Positions 43,400 to 55,787 of a DNA stretch of 64,000 bases are shown here, in pieces. The position numbers and the translations under genes are program-made. This DNA comes from the human T2T-CHM13v2.0 reference genome, Homo sapiens. Location of the stretch: NCBI RefSeq assembly GCF_009914755.1, contig NC_060941.1. One strand, 5' to 3'. Below the pieces are notes generated by a model. It was not told the DNA's origin. It made no database searches and saw only the letters and a list, made by a program, of their open reading frames with translations. The stretch's first letter is position 1; each line of letters starts with the position of its first letter.

Positions 43400-45105
43400 C
43401 TAATTATATATGTAGAAAAATTCCAAGGAATCTACCAAAAATAGTGACTGGAATTAATAAATGAGTTTAGAAAGGTCACACTGTATAATATCAACATTAA
43501 AACATCTATTATATTTATATATTAGCAAAGAACAATTGGGAATTGAAGATAAAATCATGATTCAATATCATCTAACAAAATATGTGCAACCTCTAGATGC
43601 TGAAAACTATAAATGCTGATGAAAGAAATTAAAGAAAACCTAAATAAATGGTAAGATCTTCCATGGTCATGGATCAGAAAACTCAATTTCATTAAGATTT
43701 CAACCTTAATGTAGATTAAACACAAATTTAAAAATATCTCGGTAGGATTTTGTGTAGAATTCATTATGCTGATTCTAAGAAAAACAAAGAAACCATCATA
43801 GGCAAAATGATCTTGAAAAAGATCAGTGTTGGACAACTTATACTACCTATCTCTAAGACTGACTATAAAAGCTACAGTAATCAAGATAGTGTGGCATTGT
43901 AAAAGGATAGACATATAGATTAATAGAAGAAAAACAGAAAGTCCACTAGTAGGCCACATATATGTGGTCAAATGATTTTCAACAAAGCTGCAAAGGCAAT
44001 TCAATGGAGAAAGGATAGTCTTTTCAACAAACAATACAGAAACAATTGAATCTTAATCCATACATTGCACCATCCACAAAAATCTACTCAAAATGGACCA
44101 CAGACCAAAAAGTAAAACCTGAAACTGTAAAATTCTAGAAGAAAACAGGAGAAAAGCTTTGTGACCTTAAGTCAGGCAAAGATTTTTTATACACAACACC
44201 AAAAACATCATCTATAAAAGAGTAAACTGGTAAGTCAGAATTCATAAAAATTAAGAATCTCTGCTCTTTGATTTGGGAGAAAGTGTTTGCAAATCACATA
44301 TCTTATAAACAACTTGAATCCAGAATACATAAATAACTCTCAAAATTTAATAATTAGAAAATAGCAGTAAAAAATCAGAAAAAGATTTCAATAGATACTT
44401 CACCAAAAAAGATATTCAGATGATAAAATATACACAGGAAAAGGTGCTCAACATTATTAGTCATTAGGGAAATGCATGAATGGTGAGAAATGTGTATTTG
44501 GATGACTAAAATAACATTATTAACTCCACAATATGAAGGGTGCAACCTAACTGGAACTCTCATACACTGCTGGTGGGAGTGCAAAATTATGTAGCTACTT
44601 TGGGAGACAGTTTGGCAGTTTCTAATAAAATTTAAAAATATACTTAACATAAAGCTCAACAATCTCATTTCTTTCTATTTACTCAAGTTAAATTAAAGTG
44701 CATATTCACACAAAATCTTTATGTGAATGCTTACCAACCCAGATATTTCCCAGCTGGAGAATGGATAAGTTTTGTACTCCCATACAATGGAATACTACTA
44801 AGCAATAAAAAGGAACAGATTACAGTGACACACAACAACATGAGTGAATCTCTAATGCATTATGCAAAGGGAAAGAAGCCAGACTCAAAAAGCTAACTAC
44901 TGAATATTTACATGACATTCCAGAAAAGGAGAACCTATGGTCACAGAAAATACATGAGTGATTACTAGGAGCTGGGACATGAGAAAAGAAGTGGAGCTGA
45001 TGACAAAGGTCTGGAGAAATGTTTGAGGTGATGGAACTGTTCTTCATCTTGATGTGGTGATGGTTTGTCAAAACTTGCAGAACTGCACATAACCTATATA
45101 AGTTA
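43400..45105 (+). mobile_element. Old L1M (L1MC/MD-like) ORF2 to 3' end
   Basis: GAAAGAAATTAAAGAAAACCTAAATAAATGG; GGAGAAAGGATAGTCTTTTCAACAAA; 3'UTR. Confidence 0.75.
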
Positions 45106-45359
45106 TAGTTGTTTTAAAAAGAGGAATAAATGAAGAGTTAGAGGAATACAAGAAAGAGCTTGACTGCTTCTGAGTTGGTGTGGAAAGGAGGAAGGCAGGG
45201 ACATCTTTGAGGAAGAAAGATGAGTTACCAAGTCTTCCAGGCAGAGGGGAAAATGTGTGTGAAGCCACAAAGGGAGATTGTTTACAGCCTATTTATGGAA
45301 AACAGAGTTGTCTGGGAGTGGGTACAGCACAGACTGTTATCTGTGGTGGGAGAGACAGT

Positions 45360-46295
45360 TAAGAAAGGTAGAAGACATCAATTCACACCCATTACAATGG
45401 TTATTATAAACAGTGTTGGCAATCATGTGGAGAAACTGGAACCCTTGTGCACTGCCGATGGGAATGTAAAATGATGCAGATGCTATGGAAAATATATGGC
45501 AGTTCCCTGAAAAATTAAAAACAGAATTATATCGACCAATTCCTACTTCTGAGTATATACCCCAAAGAACTGAAAGCAGAAACTAGAACAGATATTTACA
45601 CATCCATGTTCACAAAAACATTATTCATAATGTGACAAAAGGTGGAAGCAATCCAACTGTCTGTCCATTGGCAGATGAATGGATGAACAAAATGTGGTAT
45701 ACACATGCAATGGAATATTATTCATTTTGAACAAAACAGGAAATTCTGACACATGCTACAATGTGGATGAACTTGAAGACATTATGGTAAGTGAAATAAG
45801 TCAGTCATAAAAGAACTACTACTATATAATTCCATTCATATCAGGTACCCTAGAGCAATGGTCCTCAGCCTTTTTGGTGCAGGTTTCATGGAAGACAACA
45901 TTTCCACAGGATGAGGGTAGAAGGATGGTTTTGGGATGAAACAGTTCCACCTCAGATCATCAGGAAGTAGCTCACCTGCCACTCACCTCCTGCTGTGCAG
46001 CCTGGTTCCTAGCAGGCCACAGACAGGTACGGGTCTGCAGCCCAGGGGCTGGGGACCCCTGCCCTAGAGCATCAAATACATACAGGAAGTAAATGATGCT
46101 TGCCAGGGGCTAGAGGGAGAGAAAATGGGAGTTACTGTTCAGTGGGCACAGGTTTAGTTTTACAAAATAAAAAAAAATTCTCGAGACGGATCGTGGTGAT
46201 GGTTGCACAACAATTTAAATGTACTTAACACCACTGAACTGTACAGTAAAAAAATAGTTATCATAACTTAAAATTAATTAATTAAAATAAATACA
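45360..46295 (+). mobile_element. L1MB-like 3' end, interrupted by MER1B
   Basis: GGAGAAACTGGAACCCTTGTGCACTGC..GATGGTTGCACAACAATTTAAATGTACTTAA. Confidence 0.8.
45856..46061 (-). mobile_element. MER1B (hAT-Charlie), internally deleted, with 8-bp TSD
   Basis: TSD CCCTAGAG at 45848-45855 and 46062-46069; terminal GGGGACCCCTG; internal GGGATGAAACAGTTCCACCTCAGATCATCAGG. Confidence 0.85.
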
Positions 46296-47390
46296 TAAGA
46301 AAGAAAAACAATGAAAGGTACAGAGGGGAAATGAAATTATGCAAATCTTTGGCCAGACAACTAGGAAGCTGTGGCAACTTCACTTTTTCTTGGGCTACAG
46401 CACTTTGTAAGCTTTTGAGCAAGGGAGAAAATGCCATTAGCTCACAATCTACCTCTTCCAGAAAGTTCTGCCAGATTCTGCCTGTTGCCCCCAGATGTCA
46501 GACACCTCCCTGCATTTCCCAGGGCATGCAGTCCAGCATATCTAGATGATGGCCCTTATTTCTGTTCAATGTGATTGCAGTTTGTTCCATCATCCCTGCC
46601 CTATCAAAATTCATCTCCTTGAGATGAATTACCAATGCCTAACTCAGCTCAGCAATGAGATTTATTTTTTCAGCAAGATCCCTATGTCAGGAGGACAGAG
46701 GTTGTCTTGTTCTTACCTTCTTCTCTTTGAGGTTAGATTTTCCTGTATCCCTCAGAGGCTTCAAACTTCCTGCCTGCTCTGTCTTGGGGACATTACCATT
46801 CTCTTCTCTCATCTCTATCAGTCTCAGGGCTTGGTTTTCCTTGGCAGATGGATGGTCTAAACTCAGAGAAGCCCACATCTTCGTTGACCCCCATTAAGAT
46901 CTCAGAAGCAGTGATGAGAGCCCTCAGTGCAGGCTGTAGGGCAGGCAGAACTTCTAACAAGAAGCCAGTGAGAGCACAGCCTCCCTCCCCTGATAGAAAG
47001 GTGACTTGGGCCCAGAGGGTTAGAGTGTCTGAGATTCCCCACCACAATCTCTTAGGTGGGGGTGAGGTGAGATAGTGACATCACAACCACACTGCCTGGC
47101 TCAGTTCCTGATGTCAGCTAATGTGATGCCAGGGCTAAAGGGCCAGCACACCTTCTTTGTGATTCTGGTCTCCCAGGGGCAGAAAATAGGAAGCAGGCTA
47201 AAGATGCCCTAGGACTTAGGGACAAGGCAACAGTATGACGAAAGGTTGACTTCTGTGCATCACTGTTCAGCTTACAAAGTGCATAATAGAGAACATTTCG
47301 AAATACAGAAAAATACAATTCAAAATTCACATATCCCATCTCACAGAGAAATGAACTAGCATATTTTTTCCATGTTTTCCTGTGTGTAAC

Positions 47391-47931
47391 TATGATGATT
47401 AATACTGAGTGTCAACTTGACTGGAATGAAGGATGCAAAGTATTGTCCCTGGGTGTGTCTGTGAGGGTGTTGGCAAAGGAGATTAACATTTGAGTCAGTG
47501 GACTGGGAGAGGCAGACCAACCCTCAATCTGGGTGGGCACCATCTAATCAGCTGCCTGCATGGACAGAATAAAGCAGGCAGAAGAAGGTGGAAAGAGCAG
47601 ACCTGCTGAGTCTTCTGGCCTTCATCTTTCTGCCATGCTGGATGCTTCCTGCCCTTGAACATCAGACTCCAAGTTCTTCAGCTTTTAGAGTCTTGGACTT
47701 AAACCACTGGCTTGCCAGGGGCTCTCAGGTCTTCAGCCACAGACTGAAGGCTGCACTGTTGGCTTCCCTACTTTTGAGGTTTTAGGACTTGGACTGGCTT
47801 CCCTGCTCCTCAGCTTGCCACAGGCCCATTGTGGGACTTCACCTTGTGAGTCAATACTCCTTAATAAACTCCCCTTCATATATACATCTATCCTATTAGT
47901 TCTGTCCCTCTAGAGAACCCTGACTAACACA
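47391..47931 (+). mobile_element. MLT2A-family (HERV-L) solo LTR, MLT2A2-like by length
   Basis: TATGATGATTAATACTGAGTGTCAACTTG..GGAGATTAACATTTGAGTCAGTGGACTGGG..TAGAGAACCCTGACTAACACA. Confidence 0.9.
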
Positions 47932-47959
47932 CGAAGCTTATCTATGGCTTACTTTCTGG

Positions 47960-48740
47960 CTCTCATGACCCCTATCAAATCCATCAGAAAATCATATTTA
48001 CTCTTACTTAAAGTATATTTTAAAAATATATCCAGAATATGATCACCTCCCCAGCTACCACTCTGGTCTAAGCCACCATCATTTCCTCTCATCTGGATTA
48101 CCAAAGTTGCCTTCTCATTGGTTTCCCACCTTTGTTCTCATGCAGCTAGAATGATCTTTTAAAGCCTAAGTCAGATCATGTCCCTTCATGGCATAATACC
48201 CTCTTACTCTCTCATTACTCAGAGTTAAAGTCAAAGTCATTGGAACAGCCTCAAAGGCCCTACATGACCAGGCCTTGGAATGCCTCTAATGTCTTTTCCA
48301 ACTCCCCCATGTCCACTATGTTCTCGTCACACTGGCTTCCTTAAGTCCTCTAGCAATGCCAGCCATGCTCTTGCATTAGGGTCTCTGCACTAGCTCTTCC
48401 TTCTATCAGCAATTTCTTCCTCCGAATATCAACATGCCTCACTCGACTCCTTCAAATTTGTTTGAATGTTACCTTCTTGATGAAGCCAGCTTTGGCCACA
48501 CTATATAAATGGTACCAGCCCTGGTACTCGAGAGTCTCCCTGAATCTTCTCTATCATTTCCTTTTCAATAGCACTTTGACACTTAAAAAAATTCTATATA
48601 AGTTACTTATGCAGCATGTTCATGGCTAACAATGTATCTCTCCTACTAGAATGAGCTCTGAGGGGACAGGAATATATGCCATTTTGCTCACTGCTATATC
48701 CTAAGTGCCTAGGGCCATTGTACAAAAATTAAGCACAAAA
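47960..48740 (+). mobile_element. L2 fragment
   Basis: CCACTCTGGTCTAAGCCACCATCAT..TCAGATCATGTC..AAGGCCCTACATGA. Confidence 0.7.
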
Positions 48741-48759
48741 TGCTGAAAGCAATGGGTGT

Positions 48760-49240
48760 GTGCCATTAGTCTGTTAACTGTTCCCCAGTACCTGTTCTTC
48801 ATTTCTTTTCAAAATAGTCTCCCTGCAACTTTTAGCACAGTGCATGCAAATAGGTCCCTGCTTCCCCAGGTGTGCCCCTGGGACTGTTTTCTCCAGTAAA
48901 ATGTCAGAATGATATGCACAACTTCCATGGCAATTCCCTAAAAGGAAATATTTGTCTTCCTCATCTTTTTCCTCTCTTCCTGCTGGTTAAGAAATGGTGT
49001 CCATCAGAAGAGCAGCCTTTAAAGCAGAGATGGAGACAGTATGTTGAGGATGACTGAGGAATCTCACTAGTCAGCCTAGGTTCCTAAGTGACCTCATGAA
49101 AGAGAACCATTTGATCCTAGCCCTGGGCCATCCTAATACATCTGGATTCTTACGCAAAACAGAAATAAACTTTCTTATTTAATTTCTCCACTGCATTATG
49201 GGGTTCCCTCTTACAGCAACTTAGGCTTACTCTAACTAGT
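48760..49240. mobile_element. MLT1-family LTR (old)
   Basis: CCTCTCTTCCTGCTGG..AGAAATAAACTTTCTTATT..TTACAGCAACTTAG. Confidence 0.5.
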
Positions 49241-51324
49241 ATATAAAGAATCACAAATAATTTTTCTTTTTTGATTTATCAGTATAGTAATTTATATTAT
49301 TAATAATAGTGCTCCTAATATCAAACCATCTTTGCACTCCTGGAATAAAATCCATGTGATTATGATGTACAATATTTTAAATATGCTACTAGATTCTCCT
49401 GCTTAATATTTAGTTTTTTACAATATTCAAAAGTGAGATTAATATGTTTTTAGAGAGTTTTTTTTTTTCAGTTTTGACACTGATATTATGCTAACTAAGG
49501 AATAGATTACTAGGTCAAAAGATAGGGATATTTTTAAGGTTCACAGTATAGATAACCACAGGCTTTCAGGAAGGTTGTACCAATTTATATTCTCAACAAT
49601 AGCATTTTAGAGTGTTTATTCACTGCACCCTAGGCATCTTGGTATTATTAATTTAAAATTACGCTTGGTAATATTTAAACTAATTTACTTTTTCAATATA
49701 TTAAAAAATAGTATGTCTTAATTAGCATTTTCTTTATTACTTATGAGAATGAAGAGGTTTATTTAAGCCAACTGCAGTTTTAGTGGTCATGTACTTTCTA
49801 TTTATTTTTTTACCATGTCTCATAATGTATTCAATTTAGTTAAATTACTCAACCACTTTCAATTTTTAATTTATTTAATCTGCACAAAGCTGGATCAGGC
49901 AAACCATGCCCATAGAGAATTTTTTTTTCCATTATGAATATGAGTTAGAACCAGACCTGACTCTCAACACAGAACCCTTCCACTATACTAGACCCATAAT
50001 GTATCTATGCAGCTTTATGCCCATCAGCTCATTCTATTGTCCTCCCCTCAAAGAAGGTCTAAACATAGGAGGCGGGAGTGTGAAATAAGAGGCTCTGTCC
50101 CTTTATCCCAACATCCCTGAGTCTCTTAATAAAGAGAAAATAAGTTTGGTTCTAAGTGCATAAAATGCTATTCGAAATGTTGATGTGGTGTGGAATAAAC
50201 ATCAGAAAGGCTGCTTGGAATATTAAAATAATTACAGTCTAGCTATCTATAAGCTAAATTTGGTATTACTGTCAAAAAAGCACTCATTTAAAATATATAT
50301 AGTGACTACAATGATATTCAATAATTAAAGTACAGAAAACAAAAAAAGAAAAGGTACATCGTTTACATAAAAAGTACTCAACTTAGCATGAAAGCTGGGA
50401 CATATTTAACAGTGAAAGGGATAGCAGGAAATGCTAAGTCACACAAGATACTGGGACAACAGGTAAAAGTGAGAATGTTTTGGTCAAATTAAAATGTATA
50501 GACACCCTATTAATGGTAAGATATCAAAGTAGTACCATAAGTAATTATTTCTGTTCTTATTTGTAATCATTTCATCACTGATAAAGATCCCAGTAAAATA
50601 TATTTTTTCATTTTATTAACTTTAGTGTTATAAAAAACAGATGCACTGTCCAATTAGGCTATTACAAACTTAGCCATGAAGTTGAAAGGATCAAAAGATT
50701 TATACAGGCAAAGACTGGGAGTGGCATCAGCAAGATGGTGGAATAGATTGTCTGGCATCACTCCTGCCAAAAAATATAACTAAAAACTATCCAAAGACAA
50801 GAATACCATCCTGAGTTCACCAGAACTTGGAGGAAAGCAGAGAAACTCCCTGGGCCCCCAGAATCAAGAGAAGCCATGACTGGTAAGAGAAATATTCATG
50901 TTGGACTATGCTGCCCTCTCCCACAAGCCATCATAATGTCCCTCACACAAAATTTCTCTAGATTCAGTTTCCAAGGTAAGAGGTTGTAGACATTAGATCT
51001 CCTCCACAGTCTGGGAATCTTCACAGGAAGACCATTCTGGTCTTGTCCCACAGGAACTAATGGGAATGCCAGGAATACTGAACCAAACTGGGGTGAACTG
51101 GGGACAAACAGCCGGCACTGATTACTTGAACTAGTGCATGGATCTTGGCAGCTACTCTGTACTTCAATCAGTGAGGAAGCCATATTAAAGAGACTGGTTG
51201 CTGCTCTATTGCAGCAGTGGGGCAGAATCTGTGGGAAGGCTCGAATTCCTGGCTAGATTTTTCCACAAACCCCAACTGCTCTATGGAGCCTTGACCTGAC
51301 CCAGAAACAACTAAAAGGTTAAGA

Positions 51325-51635
51325 TTAAGTTCTGGTGCCTGCTTAAGTCTTCCTTACACTAGGAAACAATGGCAGGTCAGCAAGGTAGTTCAAAGGTAAT
51401 GTTTAACTTCCAATTCTCACTATAAGTCTTCCCCAGACCAGAAAACAGTGGCAGGCAGTGATTTTGTTTCAGAGAAGCATTTAAGTTCTGGAGTCAACTA
51501 TAAATCTTCCCCAGACCAGAAAAAATTGGCAGGGCAATGAGTTTGTTCCACTGCAATGTTTTAGTTCTAATGCTCACTATAAGTCTTCCCCAGAATGGGA
51601 AGTAACAACAGGCCAGCATTTAACTTCTGATGCTA
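51325..51635 (+). repeat. ~78-79 bp tandem repeat (about 4 diverged copies) in the L1 5'UTR
   Basis: TAA(G/A)TCTTCC anchor at 51344, 51423, 51501 and 51580. Confidence 0.85.
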
Positions 51636-51854
51636 AGTAGTAAAGGTCTGATACCACCAAAGAATACGTGCATAAAATAGAGAAAGTGGATGTCTCCTCA
51701 AATGTGCAGCCACCAACATAAAGATGCAAGGATTGTGAAAACTCAGGGGAATATGACACCACTGAAAGAAACTACCAATAGACTCAGAAGAGCTGACAAA
51801 CTGTGAAATATCAGAGAATTCAGAATAATACTTTCAAAGAATTTCAGAAAATCA

Positions 51855-52155
51855 GGCCAGGCACAGTGGCTCATGCCTGTAATCCCAGCACTTTGGGAGG
51901 CCGAGGCGGGTGGATCACGAGGTCAGGACATCAAGACCATCCTGGCTAACACAGTGAAACCCCGTCTCTACTAAAAATACAAAAAATTAGCTGGGCGTGG
52001 TGGTGGGCACCTGTAGTCCCAGCTACTCAGGAGGCTGAGGCAGGAGAATGGTCAGAACCCAGGAGGCGGAGCTTGCAGTGAGCCGAGATCGCGCCACTGC
52101 ACTCCAGCCTGGGCGACAGAGTGAGACTCCTTCTCAAAAAAAAAAAAAAAGAACA
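51855..52155 (+). mobile_element. AluY with 15-bp TSD, inserted in L1 ORF1
   Basis: Diagnostic CCATCCTGGCTAACAC and GGAGCTTGCAGTG; TSD AATTTCAGAAAATCA at 51840-51854 and 52156-52170. Confidence 0.95.
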
Positions 52156-52450
52156 AATTTCAGAAAATCACAAGCAAACATGGATAGAAAACTAAAAGAA
52201 ATTTGGAAAACAATCCAGGAACAAAGTGAGAAATTTGACAAGGAAATTGAAATAAATAAAAAACCAAATAGAAATCTTAGAAAAGATAATACAATAATAG
52301 AACTGAAAAACTCTTTTGAAAGTTTCAACAGCAGACTTGACAAAACATAGGAAAGAATTAGTGAGCCTAAAGACAGAACATATAAAATTACTCACAGAAG
52401 GAAAAAGGAAAAAGAAAATGAGTGAAGAAAGCTTACAAGATTTATAGGGA

Positions 52451-55400
52451 AAACAACAGAATATACATTCATCTCATTGCCACATAGAACATACTCTAAA
52501 ATTGACCACATAATTGGACAAAAACAATCTTCAGCAAAGGCAAAAGAACCAAAATCATACCAAACACACTGTTGTACCACAGTGTAATAAAAATAGAAGG
52601 CAAGACTAAGAATATCATTCAAAATCATGTAATTACATGGAAATTAAACAACATGCTCCTGAATGACTTTTGGGTAAATAATGAAATTAAGGCAGAAATC
52701 AGGAAGTTCTTTAAAACTAATGAAAACAAAGATACAACATACCAGAATCTCTGGGACATAGCTAAGGCAGTGTTAAGGGGGAAATTATACAGAGCACTAA
52801 ATATCCACATCAAAAAGTTGGAAAAATCTCAAATTAACAACCTAACATCACAACTGAAAGACTTAGAGAAGCAAGAACAAATCAACCTCAAAGCTAGCAG
52901 AAGAGAAGAAATAACCAAAACGAGAGCTGAAATGAAGGAAACTGAGACACAAAAAGCCATTCAAAAGATCAATGAATCCAGGAGTTTGTTTTTTGGAAAA
53001 AAAAAAAAAACTAAAAAGACAGATAGGCCACTAGCTAAACTAATAAAGAAGAAAGAGAGAAGATCCAAATAAACACAATTAGAAATGACTATGGGAATGT
53101 TACCACTGACCCCACAGAAATAAAAATAACCATCAGAAACTCCTATGAACACCCCTATGCATACAAACTAGAACACCTAGAAGAGATGGATTAATTCCTG
53201 GACACATACATCCTGCCAAGGCTGAACAAGGAAGAAATTTATTTCATGAACAGACCAATAACAAACTCCAAAACTGAATCAGTAATAAATAGCCTAACAA
53301 ACAAAAAAACTCCAGGGCCTGATGGATTGACAGCCAAATTCTACCAGATGTACACAGAAGAGCTGCTACCATTCCTACTGAAACTATTTCAAAAAATTGA
53401 GGAGGAGGGACTCCTCCCCAACGCATTCTATGAGGCCAGCACCATCCTGACACCAAAACCTGGAACAGACAAAACAACAAAAAAAGAAAACTTTAGGCCA
53501 ATATACTTGATGAACATTGTTGCAAAAATCCTCAACAAAATACTGGCAAACTGAATCCAGCAGCACATCAAAAAGCTAATCCACCACGATCAAGTAGACG
53601 TCATCCCCAGAATGCAAGGTTGGTTCAACCTACACAAATCAATGAATGCAATTCATCACATAAACAGAACTAAAGACAAAAACCACATGATTATCTCAGT
53701 AGATGCAAAAAAAGGCTTTCAATAAAATTCAACACCCCTTCATGTTAAAAACTCTCGATAAACCAGGCATTAAAGGACCATACCTCAAAATAATAAGAGC
53801 CATCTATAACAAACCCACCACCAATATTATGCTGAATGGGTAAAAGCCAGAAGCATTTCCCTTGAAAAACAAAACAAGACAAGAATTCCCTCTCACCACT
53901 CCTATTCACCACTGTATTGGAAGTCCTAGCCAGAGCAATCAGGCAAGAGACAGAAATAAAGGACATCCGAATAAGAAAAGAGGAAGTCAAACTTTCTCTG
54001 TTTGCAGACATGATTCTATATCTAGAAAACCCCACAGTTTTGGCCCCAAAGCTCCTTCAGCTGATAAAAAACTTCAGCAAAATTTTAGGATGTAAAATCA
54101 ATGTACTAAAATCACTAGTATTCCTGTACACCAACAACAGCCAAGCCAAGAGCCCAATCAGAAAGCAATCCATTCACAATGCCACAAAAAGAATAAAATA
54201 CATAATATACCTAGGAATACAGCTAACCACGGAGGTAAAAAGTCTCTACAATGAAAATTACAAAAGAGTGCTTGAAGAAATGAGAGAAGACACAAACAAA
54301 TGGAAAAACATCCCATGCTCATGGATTGGAAGAACCAATATCATTAAAATGGCCAAAGCAATTTATAGATTCAATGCTATACCTACCAAACTGCCAATGA
54401 TATTTTTCACACAATTAGAAAAAACTATTTCAATATTCATATGAAACCAAAACAGAGCCTGAATACCCCAAGCAATCCAAAGTAAAGAGAACAAAGCTGG
54501 AAGAATCACCTTACTCAACTTCAAACTATACTACAGGGCTATATTAACCAAAACAGCCTGGTACTGGTACAAAAACAGACACATAGACCAATGAAACAGT
54601 ATAGAAAGCCCAGAAATAAGGCTACACATTTATAACCACCTGATCTTTGACAAAGATGACAAAAATAAGCAACAGGGAAAAGACTCCCTATTCAATGAAT
54701 GGTGTTGGAATAACTGGCTAGCCGTATGCATAAGACTGAAGCTGAATCCCTTCCTTAAAATAAAAAGAAAAATCAACTCAAGAATAATTAAAGACTTAAA
54801 TGTAAAACCTATAACTATAAAAACCCTGGAAGACAATCTAAGCATTACCATCCTGGACATAGGAACAGGCAATGATTTCATGACAAAGACACCAAAAGCA
54901 ATCACAACAAAAACAAAAGTTGACAAGTGGGCTATAATGAAACTTAAGAGCTTCTGCACAGCAAAAGAAACTATCAACAGAGTAAACACACAACCTACAG
55001 AATGGGAAAAAATATTCGCAAACTATGCATGTAACAAAGGTCTAATATCCAGCATCTATAAGGAACATAAATAAATTTACAAGAGAAAAACTACCCCATT
55101 AAAAAGTTGGAAAGGACATGGACAGACACTTCTTAAAAGAAGACACACATGTGGCAACAAGCATATGAAAAAAAGCTCAATATTGCTGATCATTAGAGAA
55201 ATATAAATTAAAACAACAATGAGATACCATCTCACACCAGTCAGAATGGCTATTAGTAAAAAGTCAAAAAATAACAGATGCTGGCAAGGGTGTGGAGAAA
55301 ATGGAACACTTATACACTGTCTGTGGGAGTGTAAATTAGTTCAACCATTGTGGAAGGCAGTATGGCCATTCCTCAAAGAGTTGAAAACAGAACTACCATT

Positions 55401-55787
55401 CAACCCACAAATCCCATTACCAGGTGTATACCCAAAGGAATATAAATCATTCTACCCTAAAGACACATGTACATGAATATTCACTGCAGCACTATTCACA
55501 ATAGCAAAGACATCAATCAGCTAAATGTTCACCAATGACAAACTGGATAAAGACAATGTGATACATATATACCATGGAATACTATGCAGCCATAAAAGAA
55601 TGAGATCATGTCTTTTATGGGAACATGGATGGAGATGGAGGCTATTATCCTTAGAAAACTAACACAGGAACAGAAAACCAAAGACCACAGGTTCTCACTT
55701 GTAAGTAGTAGCTAAATGATGTTACCTATGCAACAAACCTTCACATGTACCCCCAAACCCAAAATAAAAGTAAAAAAAAAAAAAAAA
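52451..55787 (+). mobile_element. 5'-truncated L1PA (mid-age): most of ORF2, internally deleted 3'UTR, poly(A); inserted in the older L1 ORF1
   Basis: ORF2 peptides [51 protein letters not shown]; poly(A) 55772-55787; degenerate TSD AAGATTTATAGG / AAGACTTAATAGG. Confidence 0.92.

Noticed and set aside
51325-51635. Regularly spaced repeats resembling a CRISPR array
   Set aside because: The whole unit is repeated with divergence, there are no unique spacers or cas genes, and it lies in a mammalian L1 5'UTR.
52572-55476. ORFs of up to 175 aa with reverse-transcriptase-like peptides
   Set aside because: They are fragments of a broken L1 ORF2 with many stops and frameshifts, not a functional gene or a novel RT system.
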